64,000 nucleotides of DNA. Source: Octopus vulgaris (lineage: Eukaryota). Positions 1 to 13,450 of the stretch are shown here, in pieces. Both the position numbers and the translations under genes were made by a program. The stretch covers positions 165,478,001 through 165,542,000 of the forward strand of contig OX597816.1 in the NCBI GenBank assembly GCA_951406725.2, in the 5' to 3' direction. Under the pieces are notes generated by a model, which made no database searches, was not told where the DNA came from, and saw only the letters and a program-made list of their open reading frames with translations. Numbering within the stretch: the first letter of the stretch is position 1; each line of letters starts with the position of its first letter.

Positions 1-635
1 ATGCATTCTTTTATTCTTTCATGTGTTTTAGCCAGAGGCTGTGGTCATGTTGGGGCACTACCAGCTTTATCACTTTTTCAACAGCCATTGATTGGTGACT
101 GGCTTTTGGTGAAGGACTGCATGTGTGTATGCGTATATATGTGATGCATATGTACCTATGTACAGGATTTACGTAATGTATGTAAAATCATATACAAATA
201 TATTTCAAAAACAAACCACGATTCAAGTAACAGCCTTTGGCGAGAAACATATTTATCTACAAGTTCTTTAAATCCCAACCTTGTTATAAGATACAGAAAA
301 GAGACTAACCGATGCTCCTAAGTGATCTTTTGTTGAAAAATATTGGATAAATGCGATCCAACAAAGCATTACAAGACAGAATCAAAGGCAAACAACAGGT
401 CTTTATGTTTGGTAAACAACGGCCTGTTTGTTAGAAGACATTGGTATGTGCGTGTGTGTGTGAGGGGCTCACAGAAACAGAATTATGTTTGTCAATAAAA
501 ATAGAGATTGCATTCTTAGAAGATAATGTTGCAAGATGAGAATGAGAATATGTATGGATTAGACGGAGAAACAAGACACCTTTGTGAATTAAGCTCTATG
601 GCAAATAGTGGCTACTTCACAAATATTCAGAATCA

Positions 636-946
636 TATACATATATATATATACATACATATGTGTGTACATGTATATATATCTATATATACGTGTATGT
701 GTGTGTATATATATGTATATATATATATATACACACATACATATATATATATACATATGTGTGTATATGTATATATATATATCTATATATACGTGTATAT
801 ATATGTATATATATATATACATATATACATACACACACACATATATAAACATGGAAACAAATACATACAGGCACATATATTCAAATACACACACACACAC
901 ATATACAACACACACACACACACACACAGATATATGTATATATATA
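636..946. repeat. Compound (TA)n/(CA)n/(TG)n microsatellite; many similar tracts across the window (for example 2520-2590, 2945-3100, 25965-26090, 26330-26640, 60360-60545, 63700-64000)
   Basis: Low-complexity dinucleotide tracts read directly. Confidence 0.95.
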
Positions 947-2537
947 ATTCCAGAGTTAATTGTTATTCAATAGTTTATGAGATTATGTTGTGTACTATAT
1001 CAAAGTGTAACTAGAAATCTTGTTTTAATAAGATATAATTATTCAGTCAGGCCATTCCTACATTGAAACACTAACCAGTCTTTTCTCTCTTAAGTGTTTT
1101 ATTTCTTATCTTCGTTTTTTTTTTTTTTTTTTCTTGGACTTCTATATCAAATGGTAAATTTTATATTTTTGATTTCAGCCTTGATGAATGTGGACAACTA
1201 CGTAAAAATAATTGGATATGCTGATATACGCTACACTTGGCTAGGACAAAAATAACTTACAAACTGTAGAAAGCCATCAAGGAACCAAAACTTACCTAGA
1301 AACAGAAAAAAAAAACAAAAAAACATTACAACATATAAAAAATATTAACAACAATAAGAGGAAGAAATTTTTTCTTTTTTTTTCAAAATTCAAGAAAACA
1401 TGAGAAAAGGTAAGCAACAAGTTTCTTAGTCATTAAGTCTTATGATACCAAATTGTCTGAGACAAGTGGTGGGTCCAGAATAGAAGCTGACAAATGTTTC
1501 ACCCTTTACCATTCAGATTATCTTGTCAAATGTAATGCTTATTCATTCACATTGTTTTCAATTAATCATTTGTTATCTTGTAGTTTTGAGATTTTGATGA
1601 AGTAATGACATTGTAGGGTGAATGTGAAAGGTTGGATGTAGTCAGTTTAAACACAAGACGGGTAAATCAATTGGGCCTGATATGAATGGTTTAAATGCTA
1701 AAACATTAATGTAAGCCAAGTAAAAAAAAGTTCTGTGAAAATTGTGTTAATTTGTTCAATAAATACAACATTAATAATGACCAAATTACAAAGAATTTGA
1801 CTAAATTCTTTGTAATTTTCAAAATTAATTGAAATAAGTACAAAATATTTTGACAGAAATATAGTTAAGATACCCGTGCCAATGACACGTTAAAACCACC
1901 CTTCTGAACGTGGCAGATGCCAGTGCTGCCTGACTGGCGTACGTGTTGGTGACACGTAAAAGCACCAACCGATCGTGGCTTGTTTGCCAGCCTCCTCTGG
2001 ACCCTGGGCTGGTGGCATGTAAAAAGTACCCACTACACTCACGGAGTGGTTGGCATTAGGAAGGGCATCCAGCTGTAGAAACTCTGCCAGATCAGACTGG
2101 TGCCTGGTGCAGCCTCTTGGCTTCCCAGACCCCAGTCGAACCATCCAACCCATGCCAGCATGGAAAATGGACGTTTGATGATGATGATGATGATGATGAT
2201 GATATGTAAGAAAAAGATCAAAGTGATCAATCTAAGTTAAAATCTTAGATTATGTTTTCATGTTAATGTGTTCCAAACATTAGCTTAACGATGGTCAAGT
2301 TATTTTGCCAAATACTTCATTATTTTCCAAATAAAATCAAAAAAAGTTAATCAGATATGAGGTAACAAAAGGATTAAAGAGATTTATATTAAAGTATTGT
2401 AACAAAATTTCATGCTAATTTGTTTCAAATACCAGCTTAACAACAAAGACTACTGTAGACCCAAAGCGGCAATGCCTTGCAAGTGAATTTAGTAGACAAA
2501 AATGTGCAGAAGCATGTTGTGTGTGTATGTATGTATC

Positions 2538-2591
<54 letters not shown>

Positions 2592-3025
2592 ATCTATGTG
2601 AGTGTCTTTTCAAAACATTGTCTGGTTTAAAAAGTCACATCAGATGCCATGATGGTTCTAAGGTGTAGGTACAGGAGGAGGTGGTCAAACTCTGCATAAG
2701 GAATAGACAACCCACATAAATGTGTGTGTGTATTTGTGCGTGCTCACGCATGCCTTCACCAAACAGACAGCTGATCTGATGCAAGCACTACTTTCATTGG
2801 CTTCCGTGCCGGTTGCAGGTAAAATAGCACCCACTACACTCTTGGAGTGGTTGGCATTAGGAAGGGCAACCAGCTGTAGAAACATGGCCAGATCAGTCAA
2901 ACCGTCCAACCCATGCCAGTATGGAAAACGGATGTTAAACAATGATATATATATGTATGTATGTATACATATATACACATGTATGTATATATATACATAC
3001 ACATGCATATATGCATATATGTGTG

Positions 3026-3057
<32 letters not shown>

Positions 3058-5212
3058 TATACACACATACACATGTATGTATGTATGCATGCACATATAT
3101 ATAAATTAACAGAATGAGATAGGAGTCTCTATTAAAACTTCAAATGGCTGTTGGGGTCGCTCCAAGTAAAATAAAAGTTAAAAGGGCCCATATGTAGGAA
3201 ATGGTCGAGAAACACTGAAGTGGTGTCCCAGAATGGCCACAGTCCAATGAAAGAAACAAGTAAAAGATTAAAACCAATAGCTTAGTAAGAACCACAGTAG
3301 TATTATAAACCACATTTAGTCAAAGAATCTGAAAGAAATATTTCATACAACAGCAAAAGAAAGTTTAATTCAATTCGTGCAATATTAAAAACACTGCAGT
3401 GACGTCAATAGAGTGAATTCTAAGAATCGGCTGACTTCTTTAAGAGAAGAAAGCAAAGGAAAGTATGTGTATATCATGACTAGCAGAGATAAAGAGAATA
3501 ATTATATAATTATTTGAATCTGAAGAATATGTCTCAGGTGAATTCGTAAGAAATGCAACAGGTTTTCTTTCCTCTTCTCACTCTTGAAATATTAAAGCAC
3601 TTAAAAGATTCAAAAGATTCTTTGATTAGAGAAACGACTGCATATTTAGACATAATCCGCAGACAAAAACTTGATGTTTAGAGATTAAGAATATTCTGGA
3701 TTATTTATAGTGAAATAGAATGAAAGATTAACAATGGTTTCAAATTCTGATACCAAGTGAAGAATTATAGGAGGAGAATAAGTTGATCACATCGATCCTG
3801 GAGGGAAGAAAGACAAAGGTGATCCTGATGGAATTTGAACTCAGAATGGAATGAGTTGGAAGAAATGCTATTAGGCATGTTGTCTGACACTAAAGATTCT
3901 GCCTCTTAAGGCAAGGAGCTGGCAGAAATGTAGCACGCTGGGTGAAATGCTTAATGGTATTTCGTTTGCCGTTACGTTCTGAGTTCAAATTCCGCCGAGG
4001 TCGACTTTGCCTTTCATCCTTTCGGGGTCGATAAATTAAGTACCAGTTACACACTGGGGTCGATCTAATCAACTTAATCCCTTTGTCTGTCCTTGTTTGT
4101 CCCCTCTGTGTGTAGCCCCTTGTGGGCAGTAAAGAAGTAAGGAACATTGAAGAGGGATAGTTGATTACCTTAACCCAAGTATTCAACCAATACTTATTTT
4201 ATAAACCTTGGAAAGATAAAAAATAAGGTCACCACAGCAGCCCCTTGTTGGCAATAAAGAAATAAGATTCTGCCAGTTTGCTGCCTTGAATCAAAAGTTA
4301 ACAAATGGCTTCAAATTTTGGTGCAAGGTCAGTAATTTTAAAGGTGGTAGTAAGTCAAATACACCTACCCTGGTGTACAACTGGTATTTACTTTCTCAAC
4401 CCAAACAATGACAGGCAAAGCTGACCTCGGCAGAATTTGAATTCAGAATGTTAAGCTAGAAGAGCTGCTAAGCAATTTTGCTCAGTATGCTAACGAGTCT
4501 GCTGGCTCGCTGCCTTAATCAAAGATTAATGATAACGAGCAATTGATGATTAATGCAAATCAAATTCCACTGCCTCCAGGAAAAACATCTTTTTCCCCTC
4601 AAGAAATTCAATCTTGTTGTTTGATCAGAGCTGATTGGGGTTAAACAACATCTGACCCCTACTATTTGTGAAAAGTCAAGCCACCCTATTTGCCTCCTTC
4701 TCTTCCTTACCATACACTCCACTCCAAACAGAGACTGCTCCCTTACCTCATCCCCTACTTCTTCCTCTCATCACCCCAATCCTTGCCTAGAATCATCACC
4801 TACTCTCTCTTCTATTATCCTTCATTTATAGGAGGTGCTTCAGACCCTTAGGTGAATTTTACTAGTGCTAGCACCACAAACACACACACCCCAGTATACT
4901 CAGTGAAAAGGTTGGCATTAGAAAGTGCATCCAGCTGTAGAAACCATGCTGGAGCAGACATTAGTGCATGACAATCTTATTAGTCAGAACCTGTCAAGTT
5001 ACACAATCCACGTCAGCATGGATACCAGACGTTAAATGATGATGATGATGATGGAGGTGGTGATGTTGATGATGATACAGAAAAACCTATTGTTATGAGC
5101 AAGAATTTACTGCAGTAATTAAAAGACCGTGTTAGAGGTTAATTAAAAGACCGTGTTATAGGTTAATTAAAAGAATATTTGTCAGCTTGCTGTAAATGGT
5201 GACTGCTAGCTT

Positions 5213-5441
5213 TTAACCCTTTCGTTACCAACCCAGCCAAAACCGGCTCTGGCTCTGTACTACAAATGTCTTGTTTTCATGAGTTTTGAATTAAAATCTT
5301 CCACCAAACCTTAATCACAATTTATGTTCCTAACACTAGCTTAACGATAACCAAGTTATTTTACTGAATTCTTTGTTATATTTAAAATAATTGAAAGAAA
5401 CACAGAGCATCTCAAAATAAATACAGTAACGAAAGGGTTAA
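5213..5441. mobile_element. piggyBac-type MITE family 1 (221 bp), solo copy
   Basis: TTAA-CCCTTTCGTTAC...GTAACGAAAGGG-TTAA: TTAA target-site duplication and CCC-starting terminal inverted repeats. Confidence 0.9.
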
Positions 5442-6059
5442 GACAACAGCAAAAATATTTCTATGGAAATCTACACTTAGTGATTCTATCAGTCCTGACA
5501 ATTCTGTCATCAACCAAAGTGTTGAGACAGACAGAAAGACAAACAGGTTGGAGACAATAGATAACTCTCAGAGTAATCAAGTTTCAAAGTAATTTCGTGT
5601 CAAAGAGGGCACTTACTGCTCCAATAGTCTACATTGACTAAGTGCCTGGCAAGCAGTATTGCAGTAACTGATTAAAGAGAAATAATTGGTTGAAGTAAAA
5701 TTAAACAAACGAGAAGCAATTACCACCAATCTCTTTTAGGTATATCTTGATAAGAAAATTAAAAGCTCAATTGATTCCAATGGTTCAGATGTATGGCAGA
5801 AACAATTACTTGTTCACTGATTCTATTGATATTCTGGTTTAGAATCATCACCATCATCATTATCATCATCATCATGAAACATCCATTTTCCATGCTGTCA
5901 TGGGTTGGAAGGTTTGACAGGAGTTGGTAAGGCCAGGAGCCCCATACCGGATTCCATTGTCTTGACTTGGTTTTTACAGCTAGATATCCTTCCTATCACC
6001 AACCACTTTAGAGAATGATCTTGATGCTTTTGACATGACACCAGCATCAAAGCATTTTA

Positions 6060-6325
6060 TGTGTCACCATCACGATGACATCACCATCACAACAATGTCC
6101 CCATCATGACCGCTGTGTCACTATTATGACGGTGTCACCATCATGATCGCTGAGTCACTATCACGACAGAAGTGCCACTTATGACGGTGTCACTATCACA
6201 ACAGAAGTGCCACTATTATGACGGTGTTACCATCATGACCGCTGTGTCACTATCACGACAGAAGTGTCACTATTATGACGGTGTCACCATCACAACTGCT
6301 GTGTCACTATCATGACAGTGTGACC
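6060..6325. repeat. Minisatellite of GTGTCAC(C/T)AT(C/T)A(C/T)GAC variants with about 57-bp higher-order unit, inside a family C element
   Basis: The cycle tattatgacg-gtgtcaccatcatgaccgct-gtgtcactatcacgacagaa-gtgccac repeats about 3.5 times. Confidence 0.85.
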
Positions 6326-6674
6326 AATTACCCTGCAAGACACACACACTATTGCCATTCAAATTTAGAATCCAATGAATTTAATATCACCCTTTCAAAT
6401 TAGAAGCAGTAAAACAACAAACTGAAAATAAATAATCTAACCACTCAGGAGTTAGGAAGGCAGCTAAAAATACTGAAATATCTGCATTGGATCATTGAAA
6501 CTTCACAGCAGGATACTGCTTTTCTATTTAACTGTTTAACATTCAGATTATTTTGTCAATTGTAATGCTTATTTATTCGCATTGTTTTGAATAAATCATA
6601 CATTATTTTGTAACTTTGAGATTCTGATGATGTGATTGTTTATATTTAGAATGCCATTGTAGGGTAAGAAAGAC

Positions 6675-7236
6675 AGCTGGCATGACAGGCATTGATTATT
6701 GTGGGGTCAACTAAAAAAACTCAGACTCTACTCACTCCAACACTGTCAGGAGCACTACATCATTTGTATGATGTGGAAAATATTCTATCAATATTGCACA
6801 AATGGTGCTGGCATCAATTTTAAAATCCACCCAAGACTTGGCCCCGCCCCCTTTGCTATCCGCCCACTACAAAAATTGAACTCGGTACACATAGCAACAT
6901 TACACCAAATTTCAAAATTACTTTACCTCAACTGGTCCAGCTCTCATCATCATCATCGTTTAACGTCCGTTTTCCGCGCTAGCACGGGTTGGACGGTTTT
7001 TAATAATATACCAAAATACGTCAAAATGGAAATGGATCCTATAAAATTCAGATGTTCAATGGACAAATTTCTTCAAAATATGCCAGACCAACCTCCTACA
7101 CCCGGATATGTCTCCAACAATAACAACTCTTTGCTAGAGTGGGCCATGGTTCCCCATATATGACTAAAAGACTTCACCAGGTGGTGCTATTAAGTTAGAC
7201 ATAACCTGGACCTATACTGGCCGAAACCTATTAAAG
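6675..7236 (+). mobile_element. 3' fragment of a CR1/L2-group LINE (ORF2 C-terminus plus 3'UTR), degenerate
   Basis: Translation WGQLKKLRLYSLQHCQEHYIICMMWKI...FNNIPKYVK...FRCSMDKFLQNMPDQPPTPGYVSNNNNSLLEW resembles the LINE ORF2 end motif YWERLKxLxLYSLQRRRERY...LDxFLxxIPDxP..GY...NSL. It is interrupted by a SINE tail at about 6944-6998. Confidence 0.75.
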
Positions 7237-7398
7237 TTAGATGCGAGAGGCAGGATCTAGCTGATTTGAGCATAGAAAGGGGTATAATATATAGGCCCAG
7301 ATATAGCCAATTGTAGGGCTAAGGGGTGAGAAACAAAAAATAAAAGTAGTGTGTGGAGGTGTGTGAGTGTGGGGGGCAGAGGCAAACACAGATATATT

Positions 7399-7438
<40 letters not shown>

Positions 7439-7534
7439 CAATATAGGGTGGCAAAAAAATTTTGTAGAATTCTTTTGCCACCAGCGGCCTAGTAGGAAAA
7501 AATTAAATAGTCATAAACCATTTTTACGTTCAAC

Positions 7535-8028
7535 ATCACAATCAAGGAACGGCCATAATAGGCCATTCACCCACTAGAAATAACAGCCAAAAGCTTTAAC
7601 CGCAAAATAACATTAATACCGTAAACCAGGAGAAAATTGAAAAACTTTTACCCTGTAATTTCTTAGACGATGCACCGTTTCATCTACCGTTTAATGGTAA
7701 ACTAACCTGATTAAATTAAATCAACGATTTGAAAATTTTAGGTCAGATATTGCCGAGGTAGCAAGAGGAATGCCTCGTGAAAAATATCTGTTCCGATTTG
7801 GCTATTTCTTACTGATGAGTCTAAGGGCCTATGGTGGATTGGCTTGATTTAATTTAATCAGGTTAGTTTACCATTAAACGGTAGATGAAACGGTGCATCG
7901 TCTAAGAAATTACAGGGTAAAAGTTTTTCAATTTTCTCCTGGTTTACGGTATTAATGTTATTTTGCGGTTAAAGCTTTTGGCTGTTATTTCTAGTGGGTG
8001 AATGGCCTATTATGGCCGTTCCTTGATT

Positions 8029-8033
<5 letters not shown>
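7535..8033. repeat. Perfect 190-bp inverted repeat with 119-bp spacer; probable Penelope-like retroelement remnant between (TA)n tracts
   Basis: Arm 7535-7724 is the reverse complement of arm 7844-8033. (TA)n tracts lie at about 7403-7436 and 8032-8060. The hammerhead spans the spacer and the right arm. Confidence 0.9.
7804..7910 (+). ncRNA. Type I hammerhead ribozyme (Penelope-like element type) with extended stem II
   Basis: Stem I ATTTCTTA (7804-7811) pairs with TAAGAAAT (7903-7910). Core CTGATGA is at 7812-7818. Stem II GTCTA/TAGAT is at 7819-7823/7882-7886, followed by GAAA 7887-7890. Stem III is the near-palindrome ACGGTGCATCGT, and the cleavage triplet GTC is at 7900-7902. Confidence 0.8.
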
Positions 8034-8065
<32 letters not shown>

Positions 8066-8658
8066 CGTGTCTTCATCATTGTTGTCCTGTCTTCCATGAT
8101 GGCATTGGCCTGCATAGTTTGACAGGAGCTAGCAATGCTGGGAACCACACCAGACTCCAATTTTCTGTTCTCAAATGATACAGTTGGATGCCCTTCCTAA
8201 TGCCGACCACTTTATGGAGTGTACAGGGTGCTTTTTATGTAGTACCAGCACCACTGAAAACAACATTCCAAAGCAGGAACAATGTTGAAATGGCACTCCA
8301 AACATTTTTCTCTTTTAGAAAACTTGACTTTTACCCCACCTTTTTTTTTTGTTGTTTTTTTTTTAGCCTGAAATCAGAAAACTGGTATTGAAGTGGGGAA
8401 ACGTTATCCCTGATAATGTTATCCCTAATAATGGTGATTATATTTTGAGTAAATATATTTACGATGTTTGACGTTGGTTTGAACTCATAACACAAGATGT
8501 GACATAACTTTTTGGTGCCCCTAATACATTCACCGTTTTTTTTTTTTTTCTTTTTGTTTAGTTTGTACTTAACTTTAACAGCTGTTTTGTTAACCCTCTT
8601 GATACCAACCTGCCTGTAACCACCCAACCTCTGGTTCTATGATTTCAGTTTTTTTCTG

Positions 8659-8888
8659 TTAACCCTTTTGATACGAACCCGGCTGAAATTGCCTCTGGCT
8701 TTGCAGTACAAATGTCTTGTTTTCAAAAGTTCTGAATGAAAATCTTCCAACAAACCTTAATCCCAATTTTTGTTCCTAACACTAGTTTAATGATAACTAA
8801 TTTATTTTACTAAATTCTTTGTTATATCTAAAATTAATTGAAAGAAACACAGAGCATCTCAAAAGAAATATGGTAACAAAAGGGTTAA
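8659..8888. mobile_element. piggyBac-type MITE family 1 inserted at a TTAA inside an older related MITE (about 8590-8935)
   Basis: TTAA-CCCTTTTGATAC...GTAACAAAAGGG-TTAA. The flanks ttaaccctcttgataccaacctgcc... and agtgatctgaaagcc...ttttatgttaatt continue one older element. Confidence 0.85.
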
Positions 8889-10470
8889 AGTGATCTGAAA
8901 GCCTCTCATCAAAACTTTTATGTTAATTTGTGTCACACATCATTTTTTATTACTCATTTCAGTCATTTGACTGTAGCTACCATGGGCAATGCTGTGAAGG
9001 ATTTTAGTCAAATCAATGCCAGCGCCGGGTTGATACCAGTCCTGCCTGACTGGATCCTGTGCTGGTGACACGTAAAATGCACACACTACACTTTCGGAGT
9101 GGTTGTTGTTAGGAAGGGTATCCAGCTGTAGAAACTTTGTCAGAACAGATTGGAGTTTGGTGCAGCCTTCTGGCTTGCTAATCCCCACTCAAACAATCCA
9201 ACCCATGCCAGCATGGAAAGTGGATGTTAAATGATGATAATGATGAATCAACACCAATAATTTTTCTAAAGCCTGGTACTTATTCTATCAGTCTCTTTTG
9301 CCAAATCACTACAGTAGGAAGGAACTTAGACCCAGACACAATCACACACACACCCACACGAATATAGATACATGTTAAGCTTCTTCCAGTTTGTGTCTAC
9401 AAAATCCACTCACAAGGCTTTGGTTGACCCGAGGCTATAGTAGAAGACACTTGCCAAAAGTGCAATGCAGTGGGACTGAACCTGGAACCATATAGTTGCA
9501 AAACAAACTTCTGAGCACACAGCCAAGCCACATTTCTCCTACCATTTTACACTCTTAGCTCAAATCCCACATCTCTTTTTTTTATCTTTTCAGGGTCGAT
9601 AAAAGTACCGTCAAGTACTGAGTCATTGCAATTTGCCCCCTCCACTTAAAATTGCTGGCCTTGAGCCAAAATGACAAAGATTTATTATTATTATTATTAT
9701 TGGAGATAATCACCAATGTGTTCAGTATTATGGAATTTTCAAAGAACCAAGGATAATCAGATCTGCCGCCAGTCATATGATATAAGACAGCAGCGATGCC
9801 TTCTACTCTCAACAGCAGTTAATGTTGAAAGCAATAGTTGCTAGGCAGGTCACCAGTCCAAACATATTAATCAATCAAGCAACATAATTATGGACACAAA
9901 GTCATAACAAGATGATGAAGTCATTATAACAATATAACTCATTTAAACAAAAAAAAAAAAAAAAAAAACTAGACTTCATTTTCTTTTTTTGTTAATATCT
10001 TTTACATTCACCCCATCCCACCCCCCACAGCTGCCATATTTCACCCATCATCTTGATTTCATATTAATTTACAATGACTTCAGGAGATCAATGAAGTAAG
10101 AGGAGACTGGGGGAAAAAAAAGTGTTGAATAACAAAAAAAAAAAAAAGAAAAGAAAAAAAAACAACTATAGGCGAATTGGCAACAGAGTCGTTAGAGCAT
10201 TAGATCAAGTGTCCTGTGTCATTAATTCTGATTTGCTGTATTCTGGGTTCAAATTCCACCAATATCAACTTTACCATTAATTCATTCGTGGGGGTTGATA
10301 AAATAAAATACCAATACAGGGGATAGGATGAACCATTAGAATGTCAGGTCAAATGCTTTGCAGATAAGGGGTCAGGGTATTCGACTCATAGCTGTAAGAT
10401 CATAACTCCAAGAATGAGTAGTACCAGTAATTCAAAGGACCAACTTTGTCACATTTTGTGTCACACTCAC

Positions 10471-10685
10471 AGAGGCAAAGTGGCCAAGTTCCTTTCAAAT
10501 GCTGGGTCTCATGGAGGCAAAGTAGCTGAGTTCCTTTTTAGCATTGGGCCTCATGGAGGCAAAGTGGCCAAGTTCCGTTCAAGCATTGGGCTTCATGGAA
10601 GCAAAGTGGTCAAGTTCCTTTAAAGTATTGGGCCTCACGGAGGCAAAGTGACTAAATTTCTTTCGAGTGTTTGGCCTCAGAGGCA
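10471..10685 (+). repeat. 42-bp tandem repeat (about 5 copies) within the 5' part of a long family C element
   Basis: The unit ggaggcaaagtggccaagttcctttcaagcattgggcctcat is repeated. The same unit occurs in 2-3 copies at about 38740-38795 and 63150-63245 on the minus strand. Confidence 0.85.
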
Positions 10686-13400
10686 ATGACCGAGACCTTA
10701 GGCATTATGTTGTGCTTGAGAAGAAGGCCCATCAAACCAATCAAAATTGCAATTGTGGTAGATACTGTTGTCACACAAATGGCACCTGTGTCAGTGACAT
10801 GTAAAAGCTGCCATTACATTCTCGAAGTGGTCAGCATTAGGAAGAGTATCCAGCCAATAGAAAACCATGCCAAATCAGAATGGAGTGTGGTGCAGCCTTC
10901 CAGCTTACCAGCCCAGTCAAACTGTCCAACCCATGGGCAACAGACATTAAATGGGCAACAGACATTAAATGATGATGGTGCTGATCACCCAAAGAACATT
11001 AGGGTTATGCCACATGTCCGTATAAAATGCTCAGCCACTTGCATGTTAACTTCAAAAGCAAGCTGTTCCATTGACTGGATCAGCTGAGACCCTTGACATC
11101 CAAACTAATGAAGTACCAGTGTGTGTATGGAAAGGTGCAGATGTGGCCACATGGTTTAGAGGTTCGCTCCCCAACCACTTGATCCTAGCTTCAGTCCCAT
11201 TGTCTGGCTACAAAGTCATCTTCTATAGTCTTGAGCTGACCAAATCCTTGTGAGTGGAGACAGCAAACAGAAAGAAGTCCGTCATATATAGATGTTTGTG
11301 TGTGTATATATGTGCTTAAGTTTGTGCATACCCTAATTTATACATCATGAGTGAGTGTTATAAAAGTGCATCATCATCATACAAACAGGAATTTTTTTTC
11401 TCCAGTCATCCGTGAAAACATGTCTAGCTACAGGACTATATAATTTTGCTTGGAAATAAGGGAGGGCACGATAGAGAAAGGCATCCACCTGTAGAAAATC
11501 TGCCGCAACAGATTCCATCTGATCCATGCAAGCATGGGGAAGTGGACATTAAATGATAATGATGGTTAATATAAACACACATGGACTGTTGGCAATGTTT
11601 CCTTACTTTTCCTTCTCTCTTTTTGAACATTCCTGTTTAAGACGAAGAGCTAAGCTTGAAATATTAACAACAACAACTCTCTTCTTTCACTGAGCATCAA
11701 ATTAATATATTACTTATGCACGTCCTCACATTTATTTTCTTGCTTTTTCCTGTTTTTGCATTCTTTGAAATAATTACACATACAAACTCTCTTATACACA
11801 TGCACGCGCACCTTTGTTTTGGGATCACTACTACTTTATTATCTCCCCTTCTCCTTAGCTCTCCTGTGTGACCCTTCTGCTCAAGTTATCTATAGTGCCA
11901 CATGAAAAGCACCCAAGCTGGTGCCATGTAAAAAGTACCTGTATAATGCACTGGTGCTACAATAAAAAAAAAAACACCCAGTACACTATAAAATGGTTGG
12001 CATTAGGAATGGCATCTAGTCATAGAAACCATGCCAAAACAAACAATAGGAGCCCGGTGCAGCTCTTTAGCTTTTGCCAGCTCTTGACAGTGTTCAACCC
12101 ATGCCAGTATCATCATCATTAAATGTCTGCTTTCCATGCTGGTATATATTGGATGGTTTGACTGAGAACTGGCAAGCCAGGATGCTGAACCAGGCTCCAA
12201 TGAGATCTATCGAGGGTTCTACAGCTGGATGCCCTTCCTATTACCAACTACTCCGAGAGTATAGTGAGAGCCAGCCAGGTGGCCCTGGCATCAGCCATGC
12301 TTGGACGGTGCTTTTTACTTATCACTGGCACAGGTGCTAGTCAGGCGGCACTGGCATCGGTCATGACTATTGATTTCACTTGGTTCAAAAGGTCTCCAGA
12401 AGCACAGCATACTGCCCAACAACTGAAGGATACTTTTTTTAAGTTGGCCAGTTATGTAACACTGGCACTGACCACAGCTACAGTCTTAGAAAAATGGATA
12501 TTAGATGATGATGATGATGTATATTCTATATTTCACCTTCAGAGTTTAATGTCAATCACTCATTCAAATTCAGTGTCAGATAAATTTAGCAGAAGTTCTC
12601 AGCTGAATGTATCAAAACTCCAATATTATATTGTCTTTCTATGTTCTTGTTCGCTTGTTTAAGTAGGATTAATCAACATTTAATCAATATTTGATCAATA
12701 TTTAAAGTTATTCCACAAAGCAGAAGATTTAAAGCTTTTGTCGATGGCTCGGATCAGTTTAGATTTCATTGTTTAATGTGAGAAATATTATCTTCATTTT
12801 GTTTTTGACTTTCGGTTCTTCTGATACCATAAACTTTTGTAGAACAGTTATTGAAGATGTATCTGTCTACTTATAGCAGAGAGGACAAGAGACAGAATGA
12901 GATCATCATCATCATCGTTTAACGTCTGTTTTCCGACAGAAAAAGAAAGACTAAGGGAGACAGGTACTATGTGATTGAGAGACAGTTGTTATAAATACTC
13001 ACAACATTCCATTATCATTCAACATCAATTTTAATGTCAACTTTTCTATGCTTGCATGGGTCATTCAGAGATTATTGTGGCAAATTTTCAATGGTTGGAT
13101 GTCTTCCCTGTTGCCCACACTCACCTCTTTCCTTTCTAACAAATATGGAATATCAAGATATGGAAACACACCCTCATACATATATACATACATACATACC
13201 ATATATATATATATATATAAATTAGAGATAAAACCACTATTATGCAACATTTATGTATTGGTTTATGTCTATCACTGTTTGAGTTGCATAATAGTGGTTT
13301 TATCTCTAATTTATATTTTATATATTTATACTGTGAAATTTGATTTAATACTAAACTGAATTTTTCCCTGTAAGTTTGGAGTTATACTCCCTAATAATAT

Positions 13401-13450
<50 letters not shown>

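Noticed and set aside
526-1014. 162-aa ORF and the many similar YIYI/THTH/VCVC ORFs
   Set aside because: Dinucleotide microsatellite translations.
6699-7163. 154-aa ORF as a host gene
   Set aside because: It is a decayed LINE ORF2 C-terminus read through a SINE tail insertion.
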